Made by a program: the position numbers and the translations under genes. Under the pieces are notes generated by a model. It was given only the letters and a program-made list of their open reading frames with translations, had not been told where the DNA came from and made no database searches. Below, one piece after another: positions 39,005-48,280 of a stretch of DNA of 64,000 bases; position 1 is the first letter of the stretch; every line of letters begins with the position of its first letter. Origin of the DNA: Bacteroidota bacterium (GTDB lineage Bacteria > Bacteroidota > Bacteroidia > Cytophagales > Cyclobacteriaceae); assembly GCA_016866235.1 (NCBI GenBank), contig VGMW01000001.1, forward strand, positions 611,731 to 675,730, given 5' to 3'.

Positions 39005-39565
39005 ATGATCCAATGGCGTCGAATGTTGCTTGTTTTTTCAACCGGTCTGCTGGTTTCTTTTGCCCATCCTGGTGGTCTGGTGAAAACTCGGATTGATAAG
39101 TCGGTTACGGTTTATTTACCAAAGATTTTTTCTGAAATGACGCCAGAGGATTTGATACAACGGTTTCCTTCCGTCAGGTCACCCCTTGGTGCATACACGG
39201 ATCCTGATCGTTTGGCCGACTTCAGTGTTAATCTTTCCGCAACGCAATGGCCAAAAAGTGATCTGGCTTTTGTAAAAAGTTTTTTCAAATCCTCCATTCT
39301 TAACCTTTACGATCGCGTTGAATTTCTTCAGGAAGAAATCAAAACCATCAATGGTAAATCATTCATTGTCTTTGAATTCAATTCCAGAGTAAATCCAGAT
39401 TCAAAAAATTTATCTACGCAGGACGCCTTGCTTAAGTACAATTATATTATGTACCACATCGGAGCAAAGCGAACCCTGGTATTTTCGTTTGGATGCACTA
39501 AGGATGTCCAGGAGGAATGGCAGCCGGTAGCGGCACAAATCATGCAATCTGTCAGGGTGAAATGA
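39005..39565 (+). CDS. secreted hypothetical protein
   Basis: Internal ATG 39005 gives the signal peptide MIQWRRMLLVFSTGLLVSFA. No family recognised. The stop overlaps the tadA start (ATGA). Confidence 0.5.
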   Translation: MIQWRRMLLVFSTGLLVSFAHPGGLVKTRIDKSVTVYLPKIFSEMTPEDLIQRFPSVRSPLGAYTDPDRLADFSVNLSATQWPKSDLAFVKSFFKSSILNLYDRVEFLQEEIKTINGKSFIVFEFNSRVNPDSKNLSTQDALLKYNYIMYHIGAKRTLVFSFGCTKDVQEEWQPVAAQIMQSVRVK

Positions 39566-40011
39566 GCACTGATTTACAGGAGCACCAGAATTTTATGCGC
39601 GAGGCTCTGAAGGAGGCACGCAAGGCATTTGATTTAGGGGAAGTGCCTGTTGGTGCTGTTATGGTTTGTAAAGGAAAGATTATCGGGCGTGGACACAATC
39701 AGACTGAAAAGCTGAATGACGCAACGGCGCACGCCGAAATGATTGCCATAACATCGGCAACATCATGGCTTGGTGGAAAATATCTTTCAGACTGCATTCT
39801 CTACGTAACGCTCGAACCTTGTGTGATGTGTGCTGGTGCATTGAATTGGTCCCAGCTTCCTGGTTTGGTCTTCGGTGCTTCTGATAAGCAACGTGGGTAT
39901 TCGCTCATTTCCTCACCGCTGCTTCATCCTAAAGCCGAGGTTGTTAAGGGTGTGCTTGCTGATGAATGCAGTGCGCTTCTACAAACATTCTTCGCACGAA
40001 TTCGGAAATAA
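39562..40011 (+). CDS. tadA: tRNA-specific adenosine deaminase
   Basis: 149 aa from ATG 39562. HAEM and PCVMCAGA zinc motifs. Confidence 0.9.
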   Translation: MSTDLQEHQNFMREALKEARKAFDLGEVPVGAVMVCKGKIIGRGHNQTEKLNDATAHAEMIAITSATSWLGGKYLSDCILYVTLEPCVMCAGALNWSQLPGLVFGASDKQRGYSLISSPLLHPKAEVVKGVLADECSALLQTFFARIRK

Positions 40012-40014
40012 CGG

Positions 40015-41001
40015 TCAGGATTTTTTTAGTGTGGTCGGATTGACACAATAAACCGGCGCTCCAGTTTCATAATAAGATATGATGTTTTGCGCAGCGACAC
40101 GGGCCATTTCATTTCTGGTTTCCACTGTACCTGAACCCACATGAGGAAGAATGCAAACATTGTCCAGCTCAAGCAGGGGGTGATCCTTCCTCATTGGCTC
40201 CGGATCGGTCACATCCAAACCAGCGCCCCATATCATCCTGGATTTTAAGGCATGTTCCAAATCACTTTCATTCACGACGCCGCCGCGGCTGGTGTTGATA
40301 AAAATAACACTCCGCTTCATTGCCTGAAATTCTTTTGCGCCAAACCGGCCTCTTGTCTCATTACTCAAAACCGAATGAACCGAGATGACGTCGCTTTGGT
40401 TTAATAAATCCTGAAAATTTACCCATTGTGCCCCAACCTCTTTTTCACCTTCGATGTTACGGTTTCGGTTGTGGTAAATTACGTTCATGCCGAAAGCACC
40501 CTTGCACCTTCTGGCCATCGCCAAGCCAATACGTCCTAATCCGAATATGCCCAATGTCTTGCCCCTAAGTTCAGCCCCTAGATTTTTTACCGGCTCAAAC
40601 CGCTTCCAGTTTCCCTTTAGAATTTCCTTGTGCAGCCACATGGATTTTCTTGCGACCGACTGCATGAGTAGAAAGGCAATATCCGCTGTGGCTTCGGTTA
40701 CTGCGTCCGGTGTATTGGCCACGGGAATGTTCAATGCGGTGGCCGCTTCAACATCGATGTTGTCGTAGCCAACGGCAAATTGAGAGATCAAACGTAGATG
40801 CCTGCAGCTTGTGAGAAATTCTTTATCGATACGGTTTGCGCCAATGGTAATTATGGTATCTGCATTTTTTGCTTCCTGTACCAATGCTTCAGCGGAAAGA
40901 TCATTTTCTCCATCCCAAATTCTAACGTCAAATCCATTTTCGATAAGCATTTTTCCTGCCAGTTCCGGAAGAATGCGTGTGATCAGAACTCTTTTCGACA
41001 T
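40015..41001 (-). CDS. D-isomer-specific 2-hydroxyacid dehydrogenase (glyoxylate/hydroxypyruvate reductase-like)
   Basis: 328 aa. NAD motif GIFGLGRIG and the catalytic R/E/H pattern (TSRGGVV, PHVGSGT). Confidence 0.88.
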   Translation of the reverse strand: MSKRVLITRILPELAGKMLIENGFDVRIWDGENDLSAEALVQEAKNADTIITIGANRIDKEFLTSCRHLRLISQFAVGYDNIDVEAATALNIPVANTPDAVTEATADIAFLLMQSVARKSMWLHKEILKGNWKRFEPVKNLGAELRGKTLGIFGLGRIGLAMARRCKGAFGMNVIYHNRNRNIEGEKEVGAQWVNFQDLLNQSDVISVHSVLSNETRGRFGAKEFQAMKRSVIFINTSRGGVVNESDLEHALKSRMIWGAGLDVTDPEPMRKDHPLLELDNVCILPHVGSGTVETRNEMARVAAQNIISYYETGAPVYCVNPTTLKKS

Positions 41002-41146
41002 GGTTTAGTTGAGAAATGGTTTAACGTCATTTTGTTCAAGTTAAGCTCTTTATTTCATCCTCAAAAACCTTCCGTCTAGCATCGACATAGGTCCTTTCCA
41101 ATGGATCCATCATCCATTAAATGTATATTGCAGTAAGTAAAAAATC

Positions 41147-42391
41147 ATGTCTGAAGTTAAAGCTGAGATTCTGACCATTGGTGATGAGATTCTTTTTGGT
41201 CAGATTGTTGACACCAATTCACAGTGGATATCCACCGAGCTCGCAGCAGCAGGTGTTCGGGTAGTCCGTAAAACATCAATAGGTGATAAGCGTGAGGAAA
41301 TCCTGCAGGCGCTGACTGAAGCTACTTCCAGGGTTCAATTGGTACTGGTTACCGGAGGGCTTGGTCCAACAAGCGATGATCTGACCAAACCATGTCTCGC
41401 TGAATTCTATGGAGCTAGCCTCGAATTGAGTCAGGATGCCCTGAACGATGTTACTGAGTTTTTTAAATCCAGAGGAAGAGAGCTGACGGAATTAAATAAA
41501 AAGCAGGCTGAGCTTCCCTCCAATTGTAAACGGCTTCCCAATAAAAATGGAACTGCACCCGGGATGTGGTTTGATGAAAATGGAGTTGTGGTGGTTTCCA
41601 TGCCTGGCGTTCCACATGAGATGAAGGCAATGGTTACTAATGAAGTACTTCCAAGGATAAGAGAGCGTTTTGTTTTGCCTGTTATACACCACAGTATTGT
41701 AAGAACAGCAGGCATAGGAGAGTCCTTTTTGGCTGATTTAATTGCCCCGTGGGAAAAGGCTTTACCAAAACACATCAAATTAGCTTACCTGCCTAGCCTT
41801 GGAATGGTAAAACTTCGCTTAACGGCTGTTGGTGCTGATGAGGTTGTTCTCAAGAAGGAGGCCGATGAGGAGATTAAAAAACTTTTGCCGCTGATCGGTG
41901 AATATGTGTACAGTCTGGATAACCAAAATCTTGAAGAGGTCGTTGGCCATATGCTCAAGGAGCGAAACCTCACGCTGTCCATTGCCGAGAGTTGTACAGG
42001 TGGCTACCTCTCACATCTGGTGACATCTGTACCTGGCAGCTCTGATTATTTTTTGGGAAGTATGATTCCCTATGCATACGAAATCAAAATGAGGCAACTT
42101 GGTGTTAAGCCTGCGACGCTGGAGAAATATGGTGCCGTCAGTGAAGAAACAATTTCTGAAATGGCGGCCATGGTCAGATCGCGGTTTAGCACCGACGTTG
42201 GGGTGGCTACCAGTGGAATCGCCGGTCCTGGTGGAGCTACTGCCGAAAAGCCTGTAGGAACCGTCTGGATTGCTTATTCTGATAAACACAGAACGGTGAC
42301 CAAAAAATTACAACTCTCAAAAAATCGTATTCTCAACATTCAAATGGCTTCAGTGGCTGTTTTAAATCTTATTCGAAAAAATCTTCCATAA
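41147..42391 (+). CDS. cinA: CinA-family protein (MoCF-like domain plus NMN amidohydrolase PncC domain)
   Basis: 414 aa. N-terminus AEILTIGDEILFGQIVDTNS, C-terminal ESCTGG motif. Confidence 0.9.
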   Translation: MSEVKAEILTIGDEILFGQIVDTNSQWISTELAAAGVRVVRKTSIGDKREEILQALTEATSRVQLVLVTGGLGPTSDDLTKPCLAEFYGASLELSQDALNDVTEFFKSRGRELTELNKKQAELPSNCKRLPNKNGTAPGMWFDENGVVVVSMPGVPHEMKAMVTNEVLPRIRERFVLPVIHHSIVRTAGIGESFLADLIAPWEKALPKHIKLAYLPSLGMVKLRLTAVGADEVVLKKEADEEIKKLLPLIGEYVYSLDNQNLEEVVGHMLKERNLTLSIAESCTGGYLSHLVTSVPGSSDYFLGSMIPYAYEIKMRQLGVKPATLEKYGAVSEETISEMAAMVRSRFSTDVGVATSGIAGPGGATAEKPVGTVWIAYSDKHRTVTKKLQLSKNRILNIQMASVAVLNLIRKNLP

Positions 42392-43456
42392 ATGAATCGT
42401 GCGTTTCTTCTACTGCTATGCAGCATCATGCTTTTGGCTTGTGCTGACAATAAAAATGAATCCGCTCGTCCCTGGTCTGTTGAAAAAGCCAATGAGTGGT
42501 ATAAGTCTAAGGGTTGGATGCGGGGCACGAACTTCATTCCAAGTACAGCCATCAACCAGCTCGAAATGTGGCAGGAGGAGAGTTTTGATACAGCGACCAT
42601 AAATCGTGAATTGGGCTGGGCTGAAGAATTGGGAATGAATGTGATGCGGGTTTACCTCCATCACGCGGCGTGGAAAGCGGATTCAGCTGGGTTTTTAAAG
42701 CGCATGGATAATTTTTTATCCATTGCCGACCAGCATGGGATTGCTACGTTGTTCGTTTTATTTGATGACTGCTGGAATCCTGAATTCAGTTTGGGTAAAC
42801 AGCCAGAGCCGAAGCCGGGTATTCATAACAGTGGCTGGCTACGTGATCCGGGAGATGTTTTGTTTCGGGATTCTTTACTGTTTGGGACCCTGGAAAGGTA
42901 TACCAAATCTGTATTAACCACTTTTAAAGATGATCAGCGTGTTTTGCTTTGGGATTTGTACAACGAGCCTGGTAATTCCGGATATGGCGATCGGTCCATT
43001 CCATTGGTGAGAAACGTTTTTGCCTGGGCGAAAGAATCGGATCCCTCACAGCCTGTTTCCATAGGATACTGGAACGATCAGCTTGCCAATCTGAATAAAA
43101 TAGCACTCGAAAACTCTGACGTTATAACCTATCATCACTATGGCCCCCCTGAACAACATCAAAAACTTATCGATACGCTAAAACGTATTGGTAAGCCTTT
43201 GATCTGCACGGAGTACATGGCCCGTACCAGAGGCAGCTTTTTTTCCAACATTATGCCAATGTTAAAAGAGCAAAATATTGGCGCCATCAATTGGGGTTTT
43301 GTGGCGGGAAAAACCAACACCATTTATGCCTGGGATACTCCCATGCCGGATGGTCAGGAGCCTCCTGTCTGGTTTCATGATATTCTTCGCCCCGATGGAA
43401 GTCCATACGATTCTGCCGAAATCACTACCATTAAAAAGCTTACAGGTAAAAACTGA
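42392..43456 (+). CDS. secreted clan GH-A (beta/alpha)8 glycoside hydrolase, GH5-like
   Basis: 354 aa. Lipoprotein-like leader (LLLCSIMLLAC), acid/base LYNEPGN, candidate nucleophile in LICTEYMA. The start abuts the cinA stop (TAAATG). Confidence 0.65.
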   Translation: MNRAFLLLLCSIMLLACADNKNESARPWSVEKANEWYKSKGWMRGTNFIPSTAINQLEMWQEESFDTATINRELGWAEELGMNVMRVYLHHAAWKADSAGFLKRMDNFLSIADQHGIATLFVLFDDCWNPEFSLGKQPEPKPGIHNSGWLRDPGDVLFRDSLLFGTLERYTKSVLTTFKDDQRVLLWDLYNEPGNSGYGDRSIPLVRNVFAWAKESDPSQPVSIGYWNDQLANLNKIALENSDVITYHHYGPPEQHQKLIDTLKRIGKPLICTEYMARTRGSFFSNIMPMLKEQNIGAINWGFVAGKTNTIYAWDTPMPDGQEPPVWFHDILRPDGSPYDSAEITTIKKLTGKN

Positions 43457-43538
43457 TAAAGTATACCGCTGGTTGTTTAAAGTACAGTTTATCAGGATAA
43501 GGAGTCAGCAGTTTTGATGATTCTTTTGTTGCAAAAAC

Positions 43539-44207
43539 ATGCAACAAAAACTTATTTCCATTTTTATAGTAGCTCTTTTTCTTTCGAAAAGTCTTCGGTC
43601 GCAAAATGTTTTTGACTTTGGTTTTTCTCAGTCAGTAAAACTTCGCGATGCTGTTCATCAGTTGGAGAAATCAAAAAAGAGTTTCGAGTACCGTAAGTTG
43701 CTTACCGGAAAGCCAGTTAAATCATCGGATAATAAAAAGATAGGTTCATTAAATATTGATCTTCGGCCCATGGATGCGCAATCATTGGCTTCTGATCTAC
43801 ACGGCTATATTCTGATACCTGTGTTTTCAATTCTTTCTGCAGGCTTGGGCGCTAAGTATTTTATCCAACCGCTAGGTGTATTGAATGGAACTCGAAACCC
43901 AACGATCTATTCAGCCTTTAGGCCCGAGTGGCTTCTGGGTATTAAGTTGCCATGGTTCAGTCTTCAGGCCGAGTCTGAATATGTAGCCATCAAAAATCAG
44001 GATGCGGGTCGGGCTGGTTCAAGGCGTCCTATTTTATCCTTAGGTGTCAAAAAAGACCTTTTGACAAGTCGCACTGGTGGTTTCCGGGTTTATGGATTTG
44101 CGGGGTACACCTTTCCAAATGATACCGGAACGGGGTTTTACCCCCGTCCATTTCAAGCCAAGGTCGGGCTGGAATGGAGGTTAAGGGCAAGGTTGCGACG
44201 GGATTGA
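43539..44207 (+). CDS. secreted hypothetical protein
   Basis: 222 aa. Signal peptide MQQKLISIFIVALFLSKSLRSQ. No family recognised. Confidence 0.45.
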   Translation: MQQKLISIFIVALFLSKSLRSQNVFDFGFSQSVKLRDAVHQLEKSKKSFEYRKLLTGKPVKSSDNKKIGSLNIDLRPMDAQSLASDLHGYILIPVFSILSAGLGAKYFIQPLGVLNGTRNPTIYSAFRPEWLLGIKLPWFSLQAESEYVAIKNQDAGRAGSRRPILSLGVKKDLLTSRTGGFRVYGFAGYTFPNDTGTGFYPRPFQAKVGLEWRLRARLRRD

Positions 44208-44211
44208 TGTT

Positions 44212-44219
44212 TATATTTG
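44212..44219 (+). promoter_or_regulatory. -7-type motif (TATATTTG) abutting the aminotransferase start codon
   Basis: Perfect TAnnTTTG. Its G lies only 4 nt before the A of ATG 44223. It is either a coincidence or a leaderless transcript (see findings). Confidence 0.3.
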
Positions 44220-44222
44220 GTC

Positions 44223-45488
44223 ATGGAAAAACGAACTTTTTTAAGGGGACTTTCATTGCTGGGTTTAGGCGCGGCAACTCCGGCCTTTAGCCTTGATCGT
44301 TGGTTGAAAAATTATAATTCACTCAGTCCGGCTACCCTGGCCGGTGAGGAAGAATTCTGGTTGGGTATCAGAAAGGGATATCGCCTTAAACCGGATTACA
44401 TCAACCTAGAAAATGGTTATTACTGTTTTATGCCCCAGGAAACCCTTGAAAATTTCATTGACCATATTCGTGAAGTCAACTATCAGGGGTCCTATTACAT
44501 GCGTACTGTTCAATTCGACAACAAACGCAAGGTGGCTGCGCGGTTGGCGGCTCTGACTGGCTGTTCTGCTGACGAGGTGGCTGTTACAAGAAACACCACT
44601 GAATCGCTTGATATGATTATTGGTGGTCTGGACTGGAAACCAGGAGATGAAGCGGTAATGGCAGAGCAGGACTATGGGTCGATGCTGAACATGTTTCGGC
44701 AAGTTTCACAACGATTTGGAACGGTTAACAAATTTGTGAATGTTCCCAATCACCCCAAGAATGATGAAGAGATTGTTGAATTGTATGAAAAAGCCATTAC
44801 CTCCCGGACGCGTTTATTGATGGTGAGTCATATGGTCAACATTACCGGTCATATTCTTCCGATTCGGAAAATTGCAGATATGGCCAAGCGAAAAGGGGTT
44901 CTGGTCATGGTCGACGGTGCACATTGCATTGGGCATTTTAAGTTTTCCATTCAGGATCTCAACTGTGATTTTTATGGGGCCAGCTTGCACAAATGGCTGA
45001 GTGTTCCCCTGGGTGCAGGATTTTTATACGTAAGAAAGGAACAGATAGGAAAAGTCTGGCCGTTGTTGTCGGCGGGTGAAAAAAATCTGGACGACATCAC
45101 CAGGTTGAACCAAACCGGTACCCACCCATGTCCTACCGATCTGACCATTCTGGATGCGATAGATTATTACGAAAAGATTGGTGTTGACCGAAAGGAAGCG
45201 AGGTTAAGGTATTTGCAAAACTATTGGAGTGGTCAGCTTAGAGGGGTAAAAAATATTATTATCAATACTCCCGATGATCCAACGCGCAGTTGTGGTATTG
45301 CCAACGTGGGTGTATCAACCATTAAGCCTACTGAACTTGCAGATCTTCTTATGAAAAAATACAGGATCTATACGGTAGCCATCGACGGTGCAGGTGTGCA
45401 TGGTTTAAGAATTACCCCCAACGTTTATACCACCACCGAAGAACTTGATGTACTGATTAGGGCTCTGAAAGAAATTGCCGCTTCTTAA
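44223..45488 (+). CDS. class-V-fold PLP-dependent enzyme (isopenicillin-N-epimerase / cysteine-desulfurase-like) with a Tat-type leader
   Basis: 421 aa from ATG 44223. Leader MEKRTFLRGLSLLGLGAATPAFS. PLP-lysine context GASLHKWL. Confidence 0.8.
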   Translation: MEKRTFLRGLSLLGLGAATPAFSLDRWLKNYNSLSPATLAGEEEFWLGIRKGYRLKPDYINLENGYYCFMPQETLENFIDHIREVNYQGSYYMRTVQFDNKRKVAARLAALTGCSADEVAVTRNTTESLDMIIGGLDWKPGDEAVMAEQDYGSMLNMFRQVSQRFGTVNKFVNVPNHPKNDEEIVELYEKAITSRTRLLMVSHMVNITGHILPIRKIADMAKRKGVLVMVDGAHCIGHFKFSIQDLNCDFYGASLHKWLSVPLGAGFLYVRKEQIGKVWPLLSAGEKNLDDITRLNQTGTHPCPTDLTILDAIDYYEKIGVDRKEARLRYLQNYWSGQLRGVKNIIINTPDDPTRSCGIANVGVSTIKPTELADLLMKKYRIYTVAIDGAGVHGLRITPNVYTTTEELDVLIRALKEIAAS

Positions 45489-45508
45489 ATAGTCATCAAG
45501 TACTCCGG

Positions 45509-46786
45509 CTAGCGCTTCAGAACATAACCGTTAAACTCATTCTGGTTGTCTGGACCAAACCACTCTGCTTTTCCGTAGGGTTCTTCTGGATAAAAAGCCG
45601 ATGTCATAACTGAGGATCCATCATCGGCAAAGACTTCCACCATTTCTGCATCCAATAAAATTTGGAAATGAACCCAACCATCTTTTTGATTTACCTGCAT
45701 CCGGTCAATACTGGCAAATAAGGGGGTGAAATCAATTCGGCCGGATCTGGTGCGATCAATGAAAAGGGTTTTGCTAAGGGGTGAATAACCAATGCGTAAT
45801 TCCTGCCTTGCGGTTTTAAACATGACTATTCCGGTTTCTTCTGTCCCTTCCGACGGAACTTTAAGTTCCAGCCAGGCTTGTTGTATGCCGGTGAGCTCCC
45901 CGGGAGTTAAGATAGTTTTAGATTTTTTCGTCCATAAGTCTTGAACAGGTTGTTGTTTGACGATCCAACGTTCTGTCTCAACTAAATCGATGGAAAGATT
46001 TCTTGGAAAGCTTAGTCTCACACCAAATGACTTAGGCAAATCTTTAAAGTAGGCTTCATTGCTAGCCAGTCCAATGACCGTTGGAGGAGTGTTTTCTTGC
46101 TGCCGATCTTTGAGAATAAATCGACCACCAAAAAAGTCCTTTCCGTAATCCAGGTATCCGTGGGCACCGATTTTATGGTCAGGTAAAAAATATCCTTTAT
46201 CGATGGTTCCTATAAAGTAATGGGTTGTGGTAAAAGGTCTGCCTGAGGGATTTTCGCCGGTTGCTGTAAGAATATAATACTCTTGTCCTTGGTTGTTGTG
46301 TAATCCGGTCGAGGTGATGGATGGATATCTCCAAGTTTCACCCCATTGAATTTCAGGTTTAAAGGTTGTCTCGGTTTCTGTGGCGCCTTGTACTGTGCGT
46401 TTAAAAAATATGATGGACTTATTCTCCTTCCCAGGACCAACAAACCACTTTGAGCCGTCTGGTTCGTGTCTCCACATAAACGACTCCGGGTTGGATTCAA
46501 TAAAATCGTTTAGGGTTTCATTCGGTGAAAAAACAGTATCCCTGAAGTCAATAAGGTTGCGTGAAAGTTTCTTTTGCCAAGTAAATACAGGCTCACGTTC
46601 CGCCAGGTATACCAACCATTCCTTGCCAGCGTACCGTAATTCAGGCGGCATGAGATTTCTGAGTTCGGGTGACTCAAGGTGAAGTCTGGTAACTGAATCT
46701 TGGGTTGATTCATTCCCGTTGCTGCACGCTGACAGGATCAGCATCAAAATGAAGGCAGTAGCGGAGTTTAGCTTAAGCACTCGCAT
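45509..46786 (-). CDS. GH32-like lipoprotein lacking recognisable catalytic motifs
   Basis: 425 aa. Lipobox LILSAC. YLDYGKDFFGG, VIGLASNEAYF, SFPRNLSI and C-terminal EMVEVFADDGSSVMTSAFYP resemble the distal blades and beta-sandwich of GH32. No NDPN, RDP or EC motifs are present. Confidence 0.55.
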   Translation of the reverse strand: MRVLKLNSATAFILMLILSACSNGNESTQDSVTRLHLESPELRNLMPPELRYAGKEWLVYLAEREPVFTWQKKLSRNLIDFRDTVFSPNETLNDFIESNPESFMWRHEPDGSKWFVGPGKENKSIIFFKRTVQGATETETTFKPEIQWGETWRYPSITSTGLHNNQGQEYYILTATGENPSGRPFTTTHYFIGTIDKGYFLPDHKIGAHGYLDYGKDFFGGRFILKDRQQENTPPTVIGLASNEAYFKDLPKSFGVRLSFPRNLSIDLVETERWIVKQQPVQDLWTKKSKTILTPGELTGIQQAWLELKVPSEGTEETGIVMFKTARQELRIGYSPLSKTLFIDRTRSGRIDFTPLFASIDRMQVNQKDGWVHFQILLDAEMVEVFADDGSSVMTSAFYPEEPYGKAEWFGPDNQNEFNGYVLKR

Positions 46787-46787
46787 T

Positions 46788-46819
46788 AAATAAAAAAGGC
46801 ATTACAGATGTAATGCCTT
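46788..46819 (-). terminator. intrinsic terminator after sodA
   Basis: The minus strand reads AAGGCATTACA-TC-TGTAATGCCTT followed by TTTTTATTTA. Confidence 0.6.
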
Positions 46820-46838
46820 GATGATTGTTATGATAGGG

Positions 46839-47435
46839 TTAGAATCTTTTTTCAACCTCACTCCAATTCACCACATTCCACCATGCAGTGCAGTAGTCTG
46901 GGCGGCGGTTTTGGTAGTTAAGGTAATATGCGTGTTCCCACACGTCAATGCCCATTACAGGGGTTCCTTTTACTTCCGCAACATCCATTAAGGGGTTATC
47001 CTGATTGGGGGTAGAAGCTATGACCAACTTGCCAGAGGCATCTTTTATGAGCCATGCCCAACCTGATCCAAACCGACCAACGGCTGCTGCATTGAATTTT
47101 GTTTTGAATTCATCAAAGGATCCGAAAGCTGCATTGATTGCATCCAATAATTTACCTGATGGTTGTCCGGATGAATTAGGGCCCATGATCGTCCAGAAGA
47201 GACTGTGGTTATAATGTCCGCCACCGTTGTTTCTGACAGCCACGGGATATTTTGAAATATTCTTACAGATTTCTTCGATGCTAAGGCTTTCTGCCGGGGT
47301 TCCTGCAACGGCATTGTTGAGGTTGGTTACATAGGCATTGTGGTGCTTTCCGTGGTGAATTTCCATGGTGCGCGCATCAATATGCGGCTCTAAAGCATTG
47401 AATGAGTAGGGGAGTGAGGGGAGTGTAAATGGCAT
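46839..47435 (-). CDS. sodA: superoxide dismutase, Mn type
   Basis: 198 aa from ATG 47435. [16 protein letters not shown] and DVWEHAYYL, which is the Mn-type residue pattern. Confidence 0.92.
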   Translation of the reverse strand: MPFTLPSLPYSFNALEPHIDARTMEIHHGKHHNAYVTNLNNAVAGTPAESLSIEEICKNISKYPVAVRNNGGGHYNHSLFWTIMGPNSSGQPSGKLLDAINAAFGSFDEFKTKFNAAAVGRFGSGWAWLIKDASGKLVIASTPNQDNPLMDVAEVKGTPVMGIDVWEHAYYLNYQNRRPDYCTAWWNVVNWSEVEKRF

Positions 47436-47514
47436 AACTTTCAAATTAAGGCACTAATATAATCAATGATCCATCGGCTAAATAGGATGCTTCAAGAGAC
47501 CGGAATGATGTGCG

Positions 47515-48162
47515 TTATTCGTTGCGCAAATTGATTTCCTCGACCCCGGGATACTTTTTGGGGTCCCAGGTAAATACCGCATCCTCAACCTTGGCATTGG
47601 GCACAAATTTGGTGATAGAGTATTTAAAGCGGTTTCCAGACCGATCAAACATTGTCCAACTCATGATATTTCTTTCCTTCTGACTGATCTTCATTTTGAT
47701 TTTGAAGTATTGGGCATCTTTTTTCTCAGGTACCAGGTCTATGACATCTACCTTTATTCCTGCTTCCGTTTCAGGTTCTAACATCAAGTATTTGAAACCT
47801 TTTTTGTAGATCTCGTAAATCTTGCTTGGATTGATGTCATCCGACCCCGGATCGAAATTGTCAATCGTCACTTCTTTCGCTTCGGGGATGTAAGTCCAGG
47901 TTATAGAGCCGTTGTTGATGACTTCCTGTTCGGGAAGAATTAGTCTGAACTTGTCACCTTTAACGATAATTCGACCTTCAAATTTCTCATTGACCTTGCT
48001 CACATCATTTGTTAAAGTATAGGTGATGTTGGCCTCAAAAGCGGTGAAAGCTTTATACCGTTTAGACATGGCCTCTAATACACCAAAGGCATTGGGGTCA
48101 TACTGAGCAAAAAGGTTTGTTACAATTGTAACACCTAAAAAAGTTGCAATTCGAAAGGTCAT
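47515..48162 (-). CDS. lolA: LolA-like outer-membrane lipoprotein carrier protein
   Basis: About 215 aa from ATG 48162, with a signal peptide (MTFRIATFLGVTIVTNLFAQ). It lies directly downstream of ftsK, the conserved ftsK-lolA arrangement. Confidence 0.7.
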   Translation of the reverse strand: MTFRIATFLGVTIVTNLFAQYDPNAFGVLEAMSKRYKAFTAFEANITYTLTNDVSKVNEKFEGRIIVKGDKFRLILPEQEVINNGSITWTYIPEAKEVTIDNFDPGSDDINPSKIYEIYKKGFKYLMLEPETEAGIKVDVIDLVPEKKDAQYFKIKMKISQKERNIMSWTMFDRSGNRFKYSITKFVPNAKVEDAVFTWDPKKYPGVEEINLRNE

Positions 48163-48253
48163 AATCTTAGACTTAGAACAGCAAATCAAATACAAAAATT
48201 TCACTCTGGAGATAGAAACTGCTGTGCTTTGAGTGTCTACTCCGGAGCCAAAC

Positions 48254-48275
48254 GCCTGAATTACAAAATTCAGGC
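48254..48275 (-). terminator. hairpin after ftsK (weak T-tract)
   Basis: GCCTGAATT-(4 nt)-AATTCAGGC, a 9-bp stem 6 nt after the ftsK stop. Only GTTTGG follows on the minus strand. Confidence 0.35.
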
Positions 48276-48280
48276 CAAAA

